DNA from: Candidatus Dadabacteria bacterium
GTDB lineage: Bacteria; Desulfobacterota_D; UBA1144; Nemesobacterales; CSP1-2
Length of the DNA: 64,000 nucleotides
Assembly (NCBI GenBank): GCA_963805855.1
Contig: CAWDVW010000002.1
Span: 160,001 to 224,000 of the forward strand
Direction: 5' to 3'
Positions 12,111 through 23,944 of this stretch are shown here, piece by piece. How positions within the stretch are numbered: position 1 is the first letter of the stretch; the number at the start of each line of letters is the position of its first letter. The position numbers and the translations under genes were made by a program. Under the pieces are notes generated by a model, which ran no database searches, was not told where the DNA came from, and worked only from the letters and a program-made list of their open reading frames with translations.

Positions 12111-13022
12111 TTACAATATCACTTTCTTATGTTTCCAATAGACCACAAAAGCGCTGGCAACGAATATGGAAGAGTACGTTCCAACCACTACTCCAACAAT
12201 CAATGCAAAAGCAAAATCATGAATTACGGAGCCACCAAAAAAGTACAGGGGAAGCAATACCAAAAAAACGGTAAATGAAGTAAGCAAGGTTCTTGAAAGG
12301 GTCTGATTGACTCCCTCATTTACAACCTGCGAAAACCCAACCTTTGCGGCTTTCCTTAAGTTTTCCCTAATCCTGTCAAAGATTATAATTGTATCGTTTA
12401 CAGAATATCCAATTACTGTAAGTAATGCAGCCACAATGGTAAGTGTAAACTCCTTATTTGTGATAGAAACTGCTCCCAACGTGATCACAGTATCGTGGAT
12501 TAGCGCGATAACAGCTCCCATCGCGAATGCGAACTCAAACCTAAAAATCAAATAAATAAGTATGCCGACACAACCCAATAAAATTGAGAATACAGCCTTC
12601 TCAATAAGCTCCTTCCCGACCTTAGGGCCTATGAAGTCTAGTCTCAATATCGAGGCTCCGTTGAAGATTGTGGGCTTTTTGGACATATCGACAAGCTTGG
12701 ATTGAAATTCCTGTATTCTTTGAAAATCAACGACTTCTGGAGAAAATCTAATCAAGTACTCATTATCGCCAGGTAGCCCTATACCCTGAACAGATTCAGC
12801 CGGATACCCAGCGTCTTCTAAGGCCGACTTTAGCTCCTTAGACTGAATTGTTTTGGGAAATTTAACTTGCAACTCTGTTCCACCAATAAATTCAACACCC
12901 CAATTCGGTCCCTTATGATACATGAGCGACAGGAGCGATATTACAATTAAACAGATAGAGACTATTAAAGCCTTCCTCATCTTTACAACAAAATCTACAT
13001 GTGTCTTAGATAGTATCTCCAA
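12111..13022 (-). CDS. secF: protein translocase subunit SecF
   Basis: GVEFIGG, IGPKVGKEL, LTVIGYSVNDTIIIFDRIRE, GTYSSIFVA. Confidence 0.96.
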   Translation of the reverse strand: MEILSKTHVDFVVKMRKALIVSICLIVISLLSLMYHKGPNWGVEFIGGTELQVKFPKTIQSKELKSALEDAGYPAESVQGIGLPGDNEYLIRFSPEVVDFQRIQEFQSKLVDMSKKPTIFNGASILRLDFIGPKVGKELIEKAVFSILLGCVGILIYLIFRFEFAFAMGAVIALIHDTVITLGAVSITNKEFTLTIVAALLTVIGYSVNDTIIIFDRIRENLRKAAKVGFSQVVNEGVNQTLSRTLLTSFTVFLVLLPLYFFGGSVIHDFAFALIVGVVVGTYSSIFVASAFVVYWKHKKVIL

Positions 13023-13046
13023 ATTAAGTCGACCTCCGATGTGTAT

Positions 13047-14645
13047 CTAAATACTCAACGCGACAGCCTTCCTCTCGGCGTAGAAAAAATTAGTTATCAT
13101 TCGAGCCACTATAACATTACTGAATACAGTAGATATGATCCCTATGGACAGAGTAGCCGCAAAACCCTTAATGGGGCCGGTCCCGAACCAAAATAAGATA
13201 AGGCCGGTGAGAAGCGTAGTAATATTAGAGTCCAATATGGTCCATAAAGACCTGCTGTATCCAGCATCTATTGCCGCCAGGGGAGACTTCCCTACCTTAA
13301 TTTCCTCTTTGATTCGTTCAAAAATGATGATATTCCCATCCACGGCCATTCCCAAGGTGAGAACGAGCCCGGCGATACCCGGTAGCGTCAATGTGACGCC
13401 AAATGCCGAGAGGAATCCCATTATAAAGAGCATATTAAGGGCAAGCGAAATATTTGCGATTATACCCTGAAACTTGTAGAAGACGATCATGAAGACCACA
13501 ACCAGGGCTGCGCCAATCATCATAGAAAACCTCCCTTTGTCAATCGAATCTCGACCAAGCGAAGGTCCAACAGTACGCTCCTGCTCTACATTTACGGGAA
13601 CAGGGAGTGCGCCTGAACGAAGAACCAGGGCGAGATCCTTTGCTTCATCAAGTGTAAAACTCCCTCTGATTATACCGCGAGATGTAATCCTTTCCTCGAT
13701 CACAGGAGCCGACTTAACAACGCCATCAAGCACGATAGCCAGTCTACGGTTTTTATTTTTTTCAGTTAGAGCTCCGAACTTAGTCGCACCCTCTCCCCTA
13801 AAATTAAAACCTACAGATGGTCTTCCAAATTCATCGAATGTCAATCTTGCATCTGAAAGATATTGTCCAGTAACTTGGGCCTCATTTTCGGCAACAAAGT
13901 ATTTTTCGTTCTCGTTTCCCGTCTCACCAGTATGCAACTTAAGTCCTTTTTGGACTAACTCCTCCGGGGTGGAAACTTCATATTTCGCAAGAAGCGTCTC
14001 CTTAGAAGGCCCGGCATCTTCAACAATCTTAAACTCCAAAACCGCTTCTCGTTTAATGATATTGATTATCCTTTCCCTGTCAGATGCAGATGCGCCCGGA
14101 ACCTGGATTATGATTCTATCGGTGCCAGCCCGCTGGATTGATGGCTCAACCAGGCCAAACTCGGTTACTCGATTTTGAATAACCTCTCTAACTTGATCTA
14201 TTGCCCTCCTCTGCAACTCCGTAATATAACCGTCTTTGAGTGTTAGTTTCAGCGATAAACCATCCTCATCGATGTTAGCTATATCTTTATAGTCATCTTC
14301 TAATTTTTTCGCCCTTTCAAGATCACTTTTTGAAAAGAACTCGATCACGAGAGTTTTATTGCTCTTTTCATATCCTTTTACGAGAATCTTATCCTTATTC
14401 AATCCCTCACTTATTAAATCTTTCATGTTGGTCAGTTCGTGATCGATAGCTTCATCTGCTCGAACGCCAAGGAGTAAGAAAACTCCCCCCTTAAGATCAA
14501 GCCCTAGCCTTATGCCTTTATTCGGGAACACCTTGCCCCACCATTTTGGAAGGCTATCACCTAAGAACGTAGGCATTAAAAGTATTATCGAAAGCACTGC
14601 AATCATTAAGATTATGGCTATCCACGTTCTTGATACCCTATTCAT
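13047..14645 (-). CDS. secD: protein translocase subunit SecD
   Basis: LGLDLKGG, LRSGALP, VGPSLG, GMAVDGNIIIFERIKEE. Confidence 0.96.
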   Translation of the reverse strand: MNRVSRTWIAIILMIAVLSIILLMPTFLGDSLPKWWGKVFPNKGIRLGLDLKGGVFLLLGVRADEAIDHELTNMKDLISEGLNKDKILVKGYEKSNKTLVIEFFSKSDLERAKKLEDDYKDIANIDEDGLSLKLTLKDGYITELQRRAIDQVREVIQNRVTEFGLVEPSIQRAGTDRIIIQVPGASASDRERIINIIKREAVLEFKIVEDAGPSKETLLAKYEVSTPEELVQKGLKLHTGETGNENEKYFVAENEAQVTGQYLSDARLTFDEFGRPSVGFNFRGEGATKFGALTEKNKNRRLAIVLDGVVKSAPVIEERITSRGIIRGSFTLDEAKDLALVLRSGALPVPVNVEQERTVGPSLGRDSIDKGRFSMMIGAALVVVFMIVFYKFQGIIANISLALNMLFIMGFLSAFGVTLTLPGIAGLVLTLGMAVDGNIIIFERIKEEIKVGKSPLAAIDAGYSRSLWTILDSNITTLLTGLILFWFGTGPIKGFAATLSIGIISTVFSNVIVARMITNFFYAERKAVALSI

Positions 14646-14659
14646 TTTTGAGATCTCTC

Positions 14660-16194
<1,535 letters not shown>

Positions 16195-16207
16195 TCAAAA
16201 ACGACTG

Positions 16208-17008
16208 TTATAAACCCAATACATTTCTCATCGTGTAGACACCGGGAGGTTTTCCTATTATCCATCTCAAGGCTCGGATAGCACCTCTCGCAAAATTATC
16301 ACGATTAGTCGCTCTGTGAGTGAGTTCAACCCGCTCTCCATTGCCACAGAACCAAACAGAGTGTTCACCAATGATGTCTCCACCACGAATGGCCTGGATC
16401 CCGATTTCATTCAGTCCTCTTTCCCCGACATGGCCATGCCTCTCAAACCTTGCAACGTTACTAAAATTCCTGCCCGTAGACTCGGCAATTATTTCTCCTA
16501 GTCTCATCGCTGTACCACTCGGGGAATCCTTTTTATGTCTATGATGAGCTTCTATAACCTCTATATCGAATTCATTGCCCAACAATTCAGCCAGCTTCTT
16601 CGTGATTTCAAACATCACGTTAACTCCAATGCTCATGTTGGGCGAAATTACACAGGGAAACCCGGTGGCAAGTTTTTCTAGCCTCACTTTCTCATCGGGG
16701 TTAAAACCCGTCGTCCCTATGACCATTGGCTTTCCCTTCGAAGAGGCGTAACTTGCAGCATCAAGGGTAGCATTGGGATGAGTAAAATCCACGACAACAT
16801 CGGCCCTGGAGGCTGCTTTATCAAGATTGTCCGAAACAAGGACACCAATCTTTCCTTTGCCTATGATTTCACCAACATCTTTACCGACGGAAGGATGGCC
16901 ATCAATTTCTGTGGCACCCACCACTTCTATACCATCTTCTTCGAGCAGCAGTGAAATTATCTGTTTACCCATCCTCCCCGCAGCACCCGTTACTAAAACA
17001 TTGATCAT
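16208..17008 (-). CDS. dapB: 4-hydroxy-tetrahydrodipicolinate reductase
   Basis: GAAGRMG, VIGTTG, EAHHRHKKDSPSGTA. Confidence 0.96.
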   Translation of the reverse strand: MINVLVTGAAGRMGKQIISLLLEEDGIEVVGATEIDGHPSVGKDVGEIIGKGKIGVLVSDNLDKAASRADVVVDFTHPNATLDAASYASSKGKPMVIGTTGFNPDEKVRLEKLATGFPCVISPNMSIGVNVMFEITKKLAELLGNEFDIEVIEAHHRHKKDSPSGTAMRLGEIIAESTGRNFSNVARFERHGHVGERGLNEIGIQAIRGGDIIGEHSVWFCGNGERVELTHRATNRDNFARGAIRALRWIIGKPPGVYTMRNVLGL

Positions 17009-17017
17009 TTCTGAATC

Positions 17018-17494
17018 CTAAAACGAATTGTCAGCGTTCGGAGTCTCACTATCTTTCCCAACTAAATCGTCAGAATTAATTTCCCATTTATTATCCATTG
17101 AAGACAGCACATATTGAACTTCAACTGTTTTGTTTACGAGTTCATCATTTTTAGGGATCCTATAACTCACGTCTAATTCCGCGGTAACATACGCCTGTTC
17201 ACCAAATATCTGAACGCTTTCTATCCGATAATTCGATAAATTCCAATTAGATTTATCAACAAGTGTCTTTCTCATATTCAACACCCAGCTCTCCTCGTCA
17301 AGGTTTCCCGCGTATAAGACGGATATATAAGAATATGCCTTATTAAAATTTTTGCCTTTCAAAGCATCCAGGTATCCACTGACAGCATGAATAGGTGAGG
17401 TCTTAGGAATCCTGGGACCGGACTTAGGCTTCGTACTGGTATAGCACCCCAATAGTCCGAGAAGCACAATAGTAAGAAGAAAGAGCTTTTTCAT
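17018..17494 (-). CDS. hypothetical lipoprotein (NTF2-like)
   Basis: Signal peptide with lipobox LLGC. Confidence 0.65.
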   Translation of the reverse strand: MKKLFLLTIVLLGLLGCYTSTKPKSGPRIPKTSPIHAVSGYLDALKGKNFNKAYSYISVLYAGNLDEESWVLNMRKTLVDKSNWNLSNYRIESVQIFGEQAYVTAELDVSYRIPKNDELVNKTVEVQYVLSSMDNKWEINSDDLVGKDSETPNADNSF

Positions 17495-17709
17495 TATGAA
17501 TGGACTGTTACTATACCAAGATCAATCTGGGAAATAGGATATTTGCAAAAGGGTAAAATATCAAGGAATTCTCCGGGAAAATGCCCTGAATCGTGTTCGT
17601 TACAACATTATATCAGAATTTTATTCTTATTTGAGTCAACATTTCAGTAAATGTTTATAATATACTCAATTTACTTGACAAATTCTCCTTCTCCATAATT
17701 CTTGTTACG

Positions 17710-18246
17710 GTGAGCAAACTCGAAGAAGCAGTTCCAGCAAAGCTATTTATGGGCATTATCTATAGCAAAAATGCTCAAGTTTACAAATGTATAAAAACAT
17801 TAGAAAAACGATTAAGTAAAACTGATTTCGTAAGTGAACGACTCCCTTTCCACTATACCACATATTATGAGAAGGAAATGGGTACGGAACTATCAAGGAT
17901 TGTAATCACTTTCAAGGCACTAATAAAAAGAGATAAGCTAGTAAAGATTAAACATTTTACAAACGAACTGGAAGAGTCTTTTTCGACAAACGGCAATAGA
18001 CAAATAAACCTAGATCCCGGCTACATCGCTCCTGAGCACCTGATTATTGCCACGGGAAAAGGATATTATCATCGTCCGTATTTAGGCAGAGGTGTCTATG
18101 CAGATCTAACACTTGTGTACCAGAAAAAAGACTTCAGACCACTAAAGTGGACTTATCCTGATTATAGGACAAATAAGCTACGGAGAATTTTCAAAAATTT
18201 ACGAGAAAGATACATGCTGGAACTAGGGGAGACAAAACTCCCATGA
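17710..18246 (+). CDS. DUF4416 family protein
   Basis: YYEKEMG, RQINLDPGY, WTYPDY. Confidence 0.85.
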   Translation: MSKLEEAVPAKLFMGIIYSKNAQVYKCIKTLEKRLSKTDFVSERLPFHYTTYYEKEMGTELSRIVITFKALIKRDKLVKIKHFTNELEESFSTNGNRQINLDPGYIAPEHLIIATGKGYYHRPYLGRGVYADLTLVYQKKDFRPLKWTYPDYRTNKLRRIFKNLRERYMLELGETKLP

Positions 18247-19112
18247 AGAGTATGACAGGTTATGGAAACAGCGAAGTGGAAACCAACTTGGGGAAAATAA
18301 TAGTTGAAGCCAAGTCCGAAAATTACAGATTCTTGGATATCAACATGCAGCTCCCCGAATCGGTTCTATCTATCGAGCCGGACTTAAACGAAATTATAAA
18401 ACAATATGTTAGTCGGGGTAAAGTAAGAATTGTGTTCGTGTCGGAAGAACTAAAGAGGAGGACCCCGGTTATGAACATCGAACTTGCCAAGGACTCATTT
18501 CGCATGCTGGAAAAATTAAAGAAGGAATTGTTGATTCAAGATAAAACGAGACTCGAACATGTCTTACTCTTAAAGGAATTCTTCTCCTATGAATCCAAAC
18601 CCGCACTGAACAAGGTCTATTTAAACAATATAAAAACTGCGCTAAGAAATGCTATGAGAAGGCTAGATGAGGCACGGATTTCCGAAGGAACGAAGATCGA
18701 GAAGGACCTTAGAAGTAGAATACAAAAATTAGAAAAAATCATGAAGCAGGTTAACGCGAAAAGAAGCGGCTTTAAAAAAACATTTTCAGAGAACATTAAA
18801 AGCAGGATAAATAAGTTATTGGATGATAAGCAACTCGATGAAAGCAGACTTAACCAAGAAATCGCATTGATGGCCGAACGAACCGATATCACAGAAGAAA
18901 TTATAAGGCTTAAAGCGCACATAAGTAAGTTTAATGAAACGATCAAAAAAAATCATTCCATAGGTAGAGAATGCGATTTTCTCTTACAGGAGATGAATCG
19001 AGAGGCAGGGACTATCTCTGCCAAATCAAAGGATGCATCTATTTCGCACCTGATAATCGATTTTCGTTCAGAAATCGAAAAAATGCGGGAGCAAGTCCAG
19101 AACATAGAGTAA
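18243..19112 (+). CDS. yicC: YicC/YloC family endoribonuclease
   Basis: MKSMTGYG, DITEEIIRL, DFLLQEMNREAGTI, EKMREQVQNIE. Confidence 0.92.
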   Translation: MKSMTGYGNSEVETNLGKIIVEAKSENYRFLDINMQLPESVLSIEPDLNEIIKQYVSRGKVRIVFVSEELKRRTPVMNIELAKDSFRMLEKLKKELLIQDKTRLEHVLLLKEFFSYESKPALNKVYLNNIKTALRNAMRRLDEARISEGTKIEKDLRSRIQKLEKIMKQVNAKRSGFKKTFSENIKSRINKLLDDKQLDESRLNQEIALMAERTDITEEIIRLKAHISKFNETIKKNHSIGRECDFLLQEMNREAGTISAKSKDASISHLIIDFRSEIEKMREQVQNIE

Positions 19113-19258
19113 ATGTGGCTTTTACTTCGTTGATTATTTTAAGATTGTAAATACTATTATGATCCATTCTGTTGAATGTGCACAGGTCGTATGTTAACAT
19201 TCGTGACCATTTCGCTGCTAACTGTATTGGTCCATAAAAATCAGACAGGAGTCTAAGT

Positions 19259-20134
19259 ATGAGTATACTTGTCAATAAAAACACAAGAGTAATAGTTCAA
19301 GGAATAACTGGTAGTACTGGTATCTTTCATGCCACTCAGTGCCGTGAGTATGGTACAAAGGTAGTCGGCGGCGTTACGCCGGGAAAGGGAGGAACAGAAA
19401 TAGAGGGTTTCCCGGTATTTAATACCGTTTCAGAAGCCGTAGAACAAACAAAGGCAAATACATCTCTAATATTTGTGCCTGCACCTTTTGCAATGGATTC
19501 TATCGTAGAGGCAGTCGATGCGGGCGTCAAGCTCGTGGTATGCATTACCGAAGGCATTCCGACCCTCGATATGGTTAAGGTAAAGAATTACATAAAGGGA
19601 AAAAATGTGAGACTAATCGGTCCTAATTGCCCTGGTGTTATTACCCCGGGCGAGGCTAAAGTTGGAATCATGCCAGGATATATTCATACCCCGGGTAGAG
19701 TCGGAATTGTATCACGGAGTGGAACATTGACTTACGAAGCGGTCTGGCAGTTAACGGAAATTGGCATAGGCCAATCCACCTGTGTGGGAATCGGTGGAGA
19801 CCCGATTATTGGATCAACTTTTATTGATATATTAAAGCTCTTCGAAAAGGACAAAAATACAGATGGAGTGATTCTGATCGGTGAGATTGGAGGAAGCGCT
19901 GAAGAAGAAGCTGCCGAATTCATTAAAGAAACATTTAGCAAACCTGTAGTTGCATTCATTGCAGGCGCAACGGCGCCAAAGGGTAAGAGAATGGGACATG
20001 CGGGAGCCATCATCTCAGGAGGTTCTGGCACCGCTAAAGAAAAACAAGAGGCTTTAGGACGCGCTGGCGTTACCGTTTGCCCAAGCCCGGCGGAAATGGG
20101 TAAAACCCTCAAAGAAGCCCTAAGATTGATTTGA
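19259..20134 (+). CDS. sucD: succinate--CoA ligase alpha subunit
   Basis: [30 protein letters not shown]. Confidence 0.97.
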   Translation: MSILVNKNTRVIVQGITGSTGIFHATQCREYGTKVVGGVTPGKGGTEIEGFPVFNTVSEAVEQTKANTSLIFVPAPFAMDSIVEAVDAGVKLVVCITEGIPTLDMVKVKNYIKGKNVRLIGPNCPGVITPGEAKVGIMPGYIHTPGRVGIVSRSGTLTYEAVWQLTEIGIGQSTCVGIGGDPIIGSTFIDILKLFEKDKNTDGVILIGEIGGSAEEEAAEFIKETFSKPVVAFIAGATAPKGKRMGHAGAIISGGSGTAKEKQEALGRAGVTVCPSPAEMGKTLKEALRLI

Positions 20135-20215
20135 AGAAAATCACAATACAATAATAGTAGGCGATCGCCCACTATGACCAAAATCATTCACTGCCAAACC
20201 GATATTGCATACCCA

Positions 20216-20243
20216 GTAGGGAACGCATATATGCGTTCCCTAC
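20216..20243. repeat. GTAG-type REP palindrome
   Basis: gtagggaacgcat-at-atgcgttccctac, a perfect inverted repeat. Confidence 0.8.
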
Positions 20244-20342
20244 ATCGTTAATCATAAATTCTTGCAAATTATGGCAAATCCGGACGACCAAAATCGTCCG
20301 GCACAATAAAACCGTGTTACAACGACAATGCACTGGCTATAA

Positions 20343-20513
20343 CTATTCGATGTTTATAGCTTCCTCAATCAGCATTATGGGAATGCCGTCCTTGATTGGG
20401 TATAAAAGCTTACATTGTTCGCAAATAAACCCAGACTCATCTTCTTTGAGCTTTAAATCACCTTTACACTTCGGACATGCAAGAATCTCTAAAAGCTTTT
20501 TATCGATTGGCAT
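20343..20513 (-). CDS. Trm112-like (YcaR/UPF0434) protein, 56 aa; absent from the ORF track
   Basis: MPIDKKLLEILACPKCKGDL..CEQCKLLYPIKDGIPIMLIEEAINIE*; AGGAGG RBS. Confidence 0.9.
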   Translation of the reverse strand: MPIDKKLLEILACPKCKGDLKLKEDESGFICEQCKLLYPIKDGIPIMLIEEAINIE

Positions 20514-20544
20514 TCTAACCTCCTATTTGAAGAGTCTTAAAACA

Positions 20545-20599
20545 GTAGCGGAGGTCTTTAGACCTCCAAAAAAAATGGAATCCTAAAGGATTCCGCTAC
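20545..20599. repeat. GTAG...CTAC REP doublet
   Basis: gtagcggaggtctttagacctcc..ggaatcctaaaggattccgctac. Confidence 0.7.
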
Positions 20600-20620
20600 G
20601 ATTATACTCTTAAGACAAAC

Positions 20621-21583
20621 TCAAGTTCCGTAAAGATCTAAATTCTCCTTTAGCCAATCATAATGTCTTCGTAAGCCCTCTTTAATATCAAACTTGGGAG
20701 CATACCCGAGATCTCTCTTGGCATTTGATACATCAGCATAGGTATGCATTGCATCTCCTCTTTGAGCCTCTATAAATTTCAGGTCTGCCTTTTTCCCTGA
20801 TACCTCTTCAATAATATTCAAAGATTCAATAAGCTTCACTCTGCTTCCGCCTCCGATATTGTAAATCCCTCCCTCTTTCCCATTGAGAAAGGCGCGCACA
20901 TTCGCATCAACAGCGTCATCTACATACGTAAAATCCCTTGTCTGCTCCCCATTACCATAGATTTCTATTTGTCTTTCATCAAGAATAGCGGATATAAATC
21001 TATGAAAAGCCATATCCGGTCGTTGCCTTGGTCCATAAACTGTAAAATATCTTAGAGAAACTGTCGGTACCCTATAACATTCGAAGTACAGTGATGCTAA
21101 GTTCTCGCCGGCAAGCTTAGTAACTCCATAAGGCGAAATCGGCGATTTAGGATTTGATTCTCGTACGGGAAGCTCCATAGCGTCTCCATAGACTGATGAG
21201 GAAGAGGCATAAATAAACTTCTTAATCCTTTTATCCTTGCATGCCTCAAGCAAGGTTTGAGTTGCGTTTATATTGTTCACGGTATATTGTTCAAAGTTCT
21301 GTCCCCAACTTGATCGTACCCCTGGAATCGCAGCCTGATGATAAACCACATCAACCTGGTCAACTATTTCGCTAAGATTTATGTCGCCTATGCTTGCTTC
21401 GACAAATTTAAACTTAGAACTCTGCAATAAGCCCTTTATGTTGTTTTCTTTGATATGCTTTGGATAGTTATCGACAAATGAATCAATACCAATTAATTCA
21501 TATCCTTCCCTAAGTAGCCTTTCAGCAAGATGTGATCCGATGAAACCTGCTACACCTGTTATAAGACACTTCACTATGTTCAT
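20621..21583 (-). CDS. NAD-dependent sugar epimerase/dehydratase
   Basis: TGVAGFIGS, ASSSSVYG, PYGVTK (YxxxK), YFTVYGPRQRPDMA. Confidence 0.92.
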   Translation of the reverse strand: MNIVKCLITGVAGFIGSHLAERLLREGYELIGIDSFVDNYPKHIKENNIKGLLQSSKFKFVEASIGDINLSEIVDQVDVVYHQAAIPGVRSSWGQNFEQYTVNNINATQTLLEACKDKRIKKFIYASSSSVYGDAMELPVRESNPKSPISPYGVTKLAGENLASLYFECYRVPTVSLRYFTVYGPRQRPDMAFHRFISAILDERQIEIYGNGEQTRDFTYVDDAVDANVRAFLNGKEGGIYNIGGGSRVKLIESLNIIEEVSGKKADLKFIEAQRGDAMHTYADVSNAKRDLGYAPKFDIKEGLRRHYDWLKENLDLYGT

Positions 21584-21804
21584 TACCTCCAGCGCTATTT
21601 GTCGCTTGTAAAATAACTAACTGATTCATGCTCCCCCGTATAGGCACCAAAACACTCGGTCTCGCAGTTCATCGCTGTAGATGCTAGATAATTAGCAACA
21701 ATCGCATAGATTTTAAATGGGCATTCAAAAAATTGCCAAAATCAATTCCGGAAGCGTTAAAAAAAAATTTGGGGTTGTGGTTAGATTAAATATTTTAGTC
21801 TTTT

Positions 21805-22100
21805 TGTCATCCCCGAGGATAGTTGTCGGGGATCCAGATGTAAAAGCATGGATTCCCTATTAAGACATTAGGGAATGACAACAAGGGGACAGCCTTGTCC
21901 TGAGCACAGTCGAAGGGTTGTTTCTTTGTATCAAGACAAAGAAAATAAAAAATTAAACAATGGATCCCCGATTGAAACATTCGAGGATGACGGATGGGTA
22001 AGTTTCGAGGAAATTTATTATTTTTTGGATTCTGTCATCTAATTACGAGACATTTACAGCAATGACAACTCAAACCCTGTAGCAAGCCGCAGGGAACTAT
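21805..22100. repeat. cluster of palindromic repeats (GTCATCCCC..GGATCC / GGATTCC..GGAATGAC; CTGAG..TCGAAG; CCCTGTAGCAAGCCGCAGGG)
   Basis: Seen directly at 21805-21880, 21899-21916, 21961-21991 and ~22075-22094. Confidence 0.7.
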
Positions 22101-22265
22101 CGACTTCGATCCAAAAAAGCTAATTATCCAGGATGATACACCAAGAGCAACAGAGATGTAAGTGCTGAAATCGCTATTATTTAATCGGGTTGACAAAAGC
22201 CCAGGTTTTTATAAGATAAGAATCTACTGTGGATCAAATAAAACAGAATCATATCATATTTCAAG

Positions 22266-23840
22266 TTGCTACGAATTAAGATGCCGTTAAGTCCATTTGA
22301 ACTAGAGATATTTCGAAATATTTTAAGCTCGATCGCCGAAGAGATGGGCATGATACTTGTTCGAGCCGCCTTTTCACCTAACATAAAGGAAAGAAGAGAT
22401 CTCTCTTGCGCAATCTTTGAATCAAACGGAGAGATGATCGCGCAGGCTGCTCATATTCCGGTTCATCTCGGCTCTATGAGCTTTTCAGTAAAATCAGTAT
22501 TGGAGCAATTGGATATACGGGAAGGAGATATATTTATTTTGAATGATCCATTCAGGGGCGGAACCCATCTACCAGACGTTACATGTATCGCACCTGTTTT
22601 TATAGACAAAAAACCCGAATTCTTCATAGCCGCACGAGCCCATCATGCCGATATTGGCGGATCCGCACCGGGATCAATGCCCCTTTCCTCATCAATTTAT
22701 GAGGAGGGTATCATCATACCTCCATCCAAGCTTTACAATAAAGGTCGTCTAAGCCGATCCCTTTTTGAGAAAATCATCTATTCATCCAGGGATCCAGAAG
22801 AGAGGGAAGGAGATTTCAGAGCACAGGTAGGTGCCCTTAAACTAGGAATAAAGAGGATAAAAGAGGTCGCGGAAAAGTATCAATTAAAAAGGGTAAGAGA
22901 GGCTGGAAGCGAACTCCTCAATTACAGCGAAAGAATGATGAGGAAGGTTATAAGGGATATACCCGATGGTGCGTATAAATTTGAAGATCATTTAGATAAT
23001 GACGGAATAGGAACAAATAACATCAAAATAAAAACCTCTGTTAAAATCGACGGAGAAAAAGCAAATGTCGATTTTGCCGGGAGTTCAATACAGGTAAAGG
23101 GTAGCCTGAATGTCCCGCTTAGTGTTACAACCGCGGCGGTTTTATACGTATTTCAATGTCTGGCACCCCAAGATTTGCCTTTGAATTCCGGCCCCCTGAG
23201 AGTAATTAAAATTATTGCGAAAAAAGGAACTATTCTCAATGCACAATTCCCTGCCGCAGTTTCGGCCGGGAATGTAGAGACATCGCAGCGCATCGTGGAC
23301 GTCGTATTTGGAGCACTGAGTAAGGTAACTCCAAAAAGGATTCAAGCGGCCAGTTCCGGCACGATGAACAATTTTGCTTTCGGCGGTAAAAATCCAACAA
23401 CGGGAAAAACATTTGCATATTACGAGACTATTGCTGGCGGGATGGGAGGCAGATATGGAAAAGACGGGGTAAGCGCTGTACAAACTCATATGACGAATAC
23501 ACTCAACACCCCTATAGAAGCCCTAGAAAGAGAACTCCCCATCAGAATCGATGAGTATTCCATTCGAGCGGGGAGCGGCGGTAGTGGCAAATACAAAGGC
23601 GGAGATGGCATTACCAGAAGATACAAATTCCTTTCAGATGCCAAAGTATCTCTAATTACAGAGAGGAGAAAATTTGCCCCTTATGGAATATATGGGGGAA
23701 AACCGGGAAAGAAGGGACGCAATTCCCTGATCAAAAATAACAAACTAAATATTCTTCCGGCTAAAGTTTCGCTAGACGTGAAAAAAGGAGATAATTTAAG
23801 AATAGAGACCCCAGGTGGTGGAGGCTGGGGAAGGAAGTAA
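22266..23840 (+). CDS. hydantoinase B/oxoprolinase family protein
   Basis: FSPNIKERRDLSCA, HIPVHLGSM, NDPFRGGTHLPD, HMTNTLNTP, ETPGGGGWG. Confidence 0.93.
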   Translation: MLRIKMPLSPFELEIFRNILSSIAEEMGMILVRAAFSPNIKERRDLSCAIFESNGEMIAQAAHIPVHLGSMSFSVKSVLEQLDIREGDIFILNDPFRGGTHLPDVTCIAPVFIDKKPEFFIAARAHHADIGGSAPGSMPLSSSIYEEGIIIPPSKLYNKGRLSRSLFEKIIYSSRDPEEREGDFRAQVGALKLGIKRIKEVAEKYQLKRVREAGSELLNYSERMMRKVIRDIPDGAYKFEDHLDNDGIGTNNIKIKTSVKIDGEKANVDFAGSSIQVKGSLNVPLSVTTAAVLYVFQCLAPQDLPLNSGPLRVIKIIAKKGTILNAQFPAAVSAGNVETSQRIVDVVFGALSKVTPKRIQAASSGTMNNFAFGGKNPTTGKTFAYYETIAGGMGGRYGKDGVSAVQTHMTNTLNTPIEALERELPIRIDEYSIRAGSGGSGKYKGGDGITRRYKFLSDAKVSLITERRKFAPYGIYGGKPGKKGRNSLIKNNKLNILPAKVSLDVKKGDNLRIETPGGGGWGRK

Positions 23841-23944
23841 GACGTTAGAATTTAGAATTCAGAATATAGACGCAAGAAGATAAACCGCTGAATTCTGACT
23901 CCTGACTTCTGTGTTCCGACTACTTATCCTGGTGCCTTCGTGGC

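Noticed and set aside
13489-14178. Long antisense ORFs (229 aa opposite secD, 182 aa at 11730, 166 aa at 61351 and others)
   Set aside because: Shadow frames of well-supported genes on the opposite strand.
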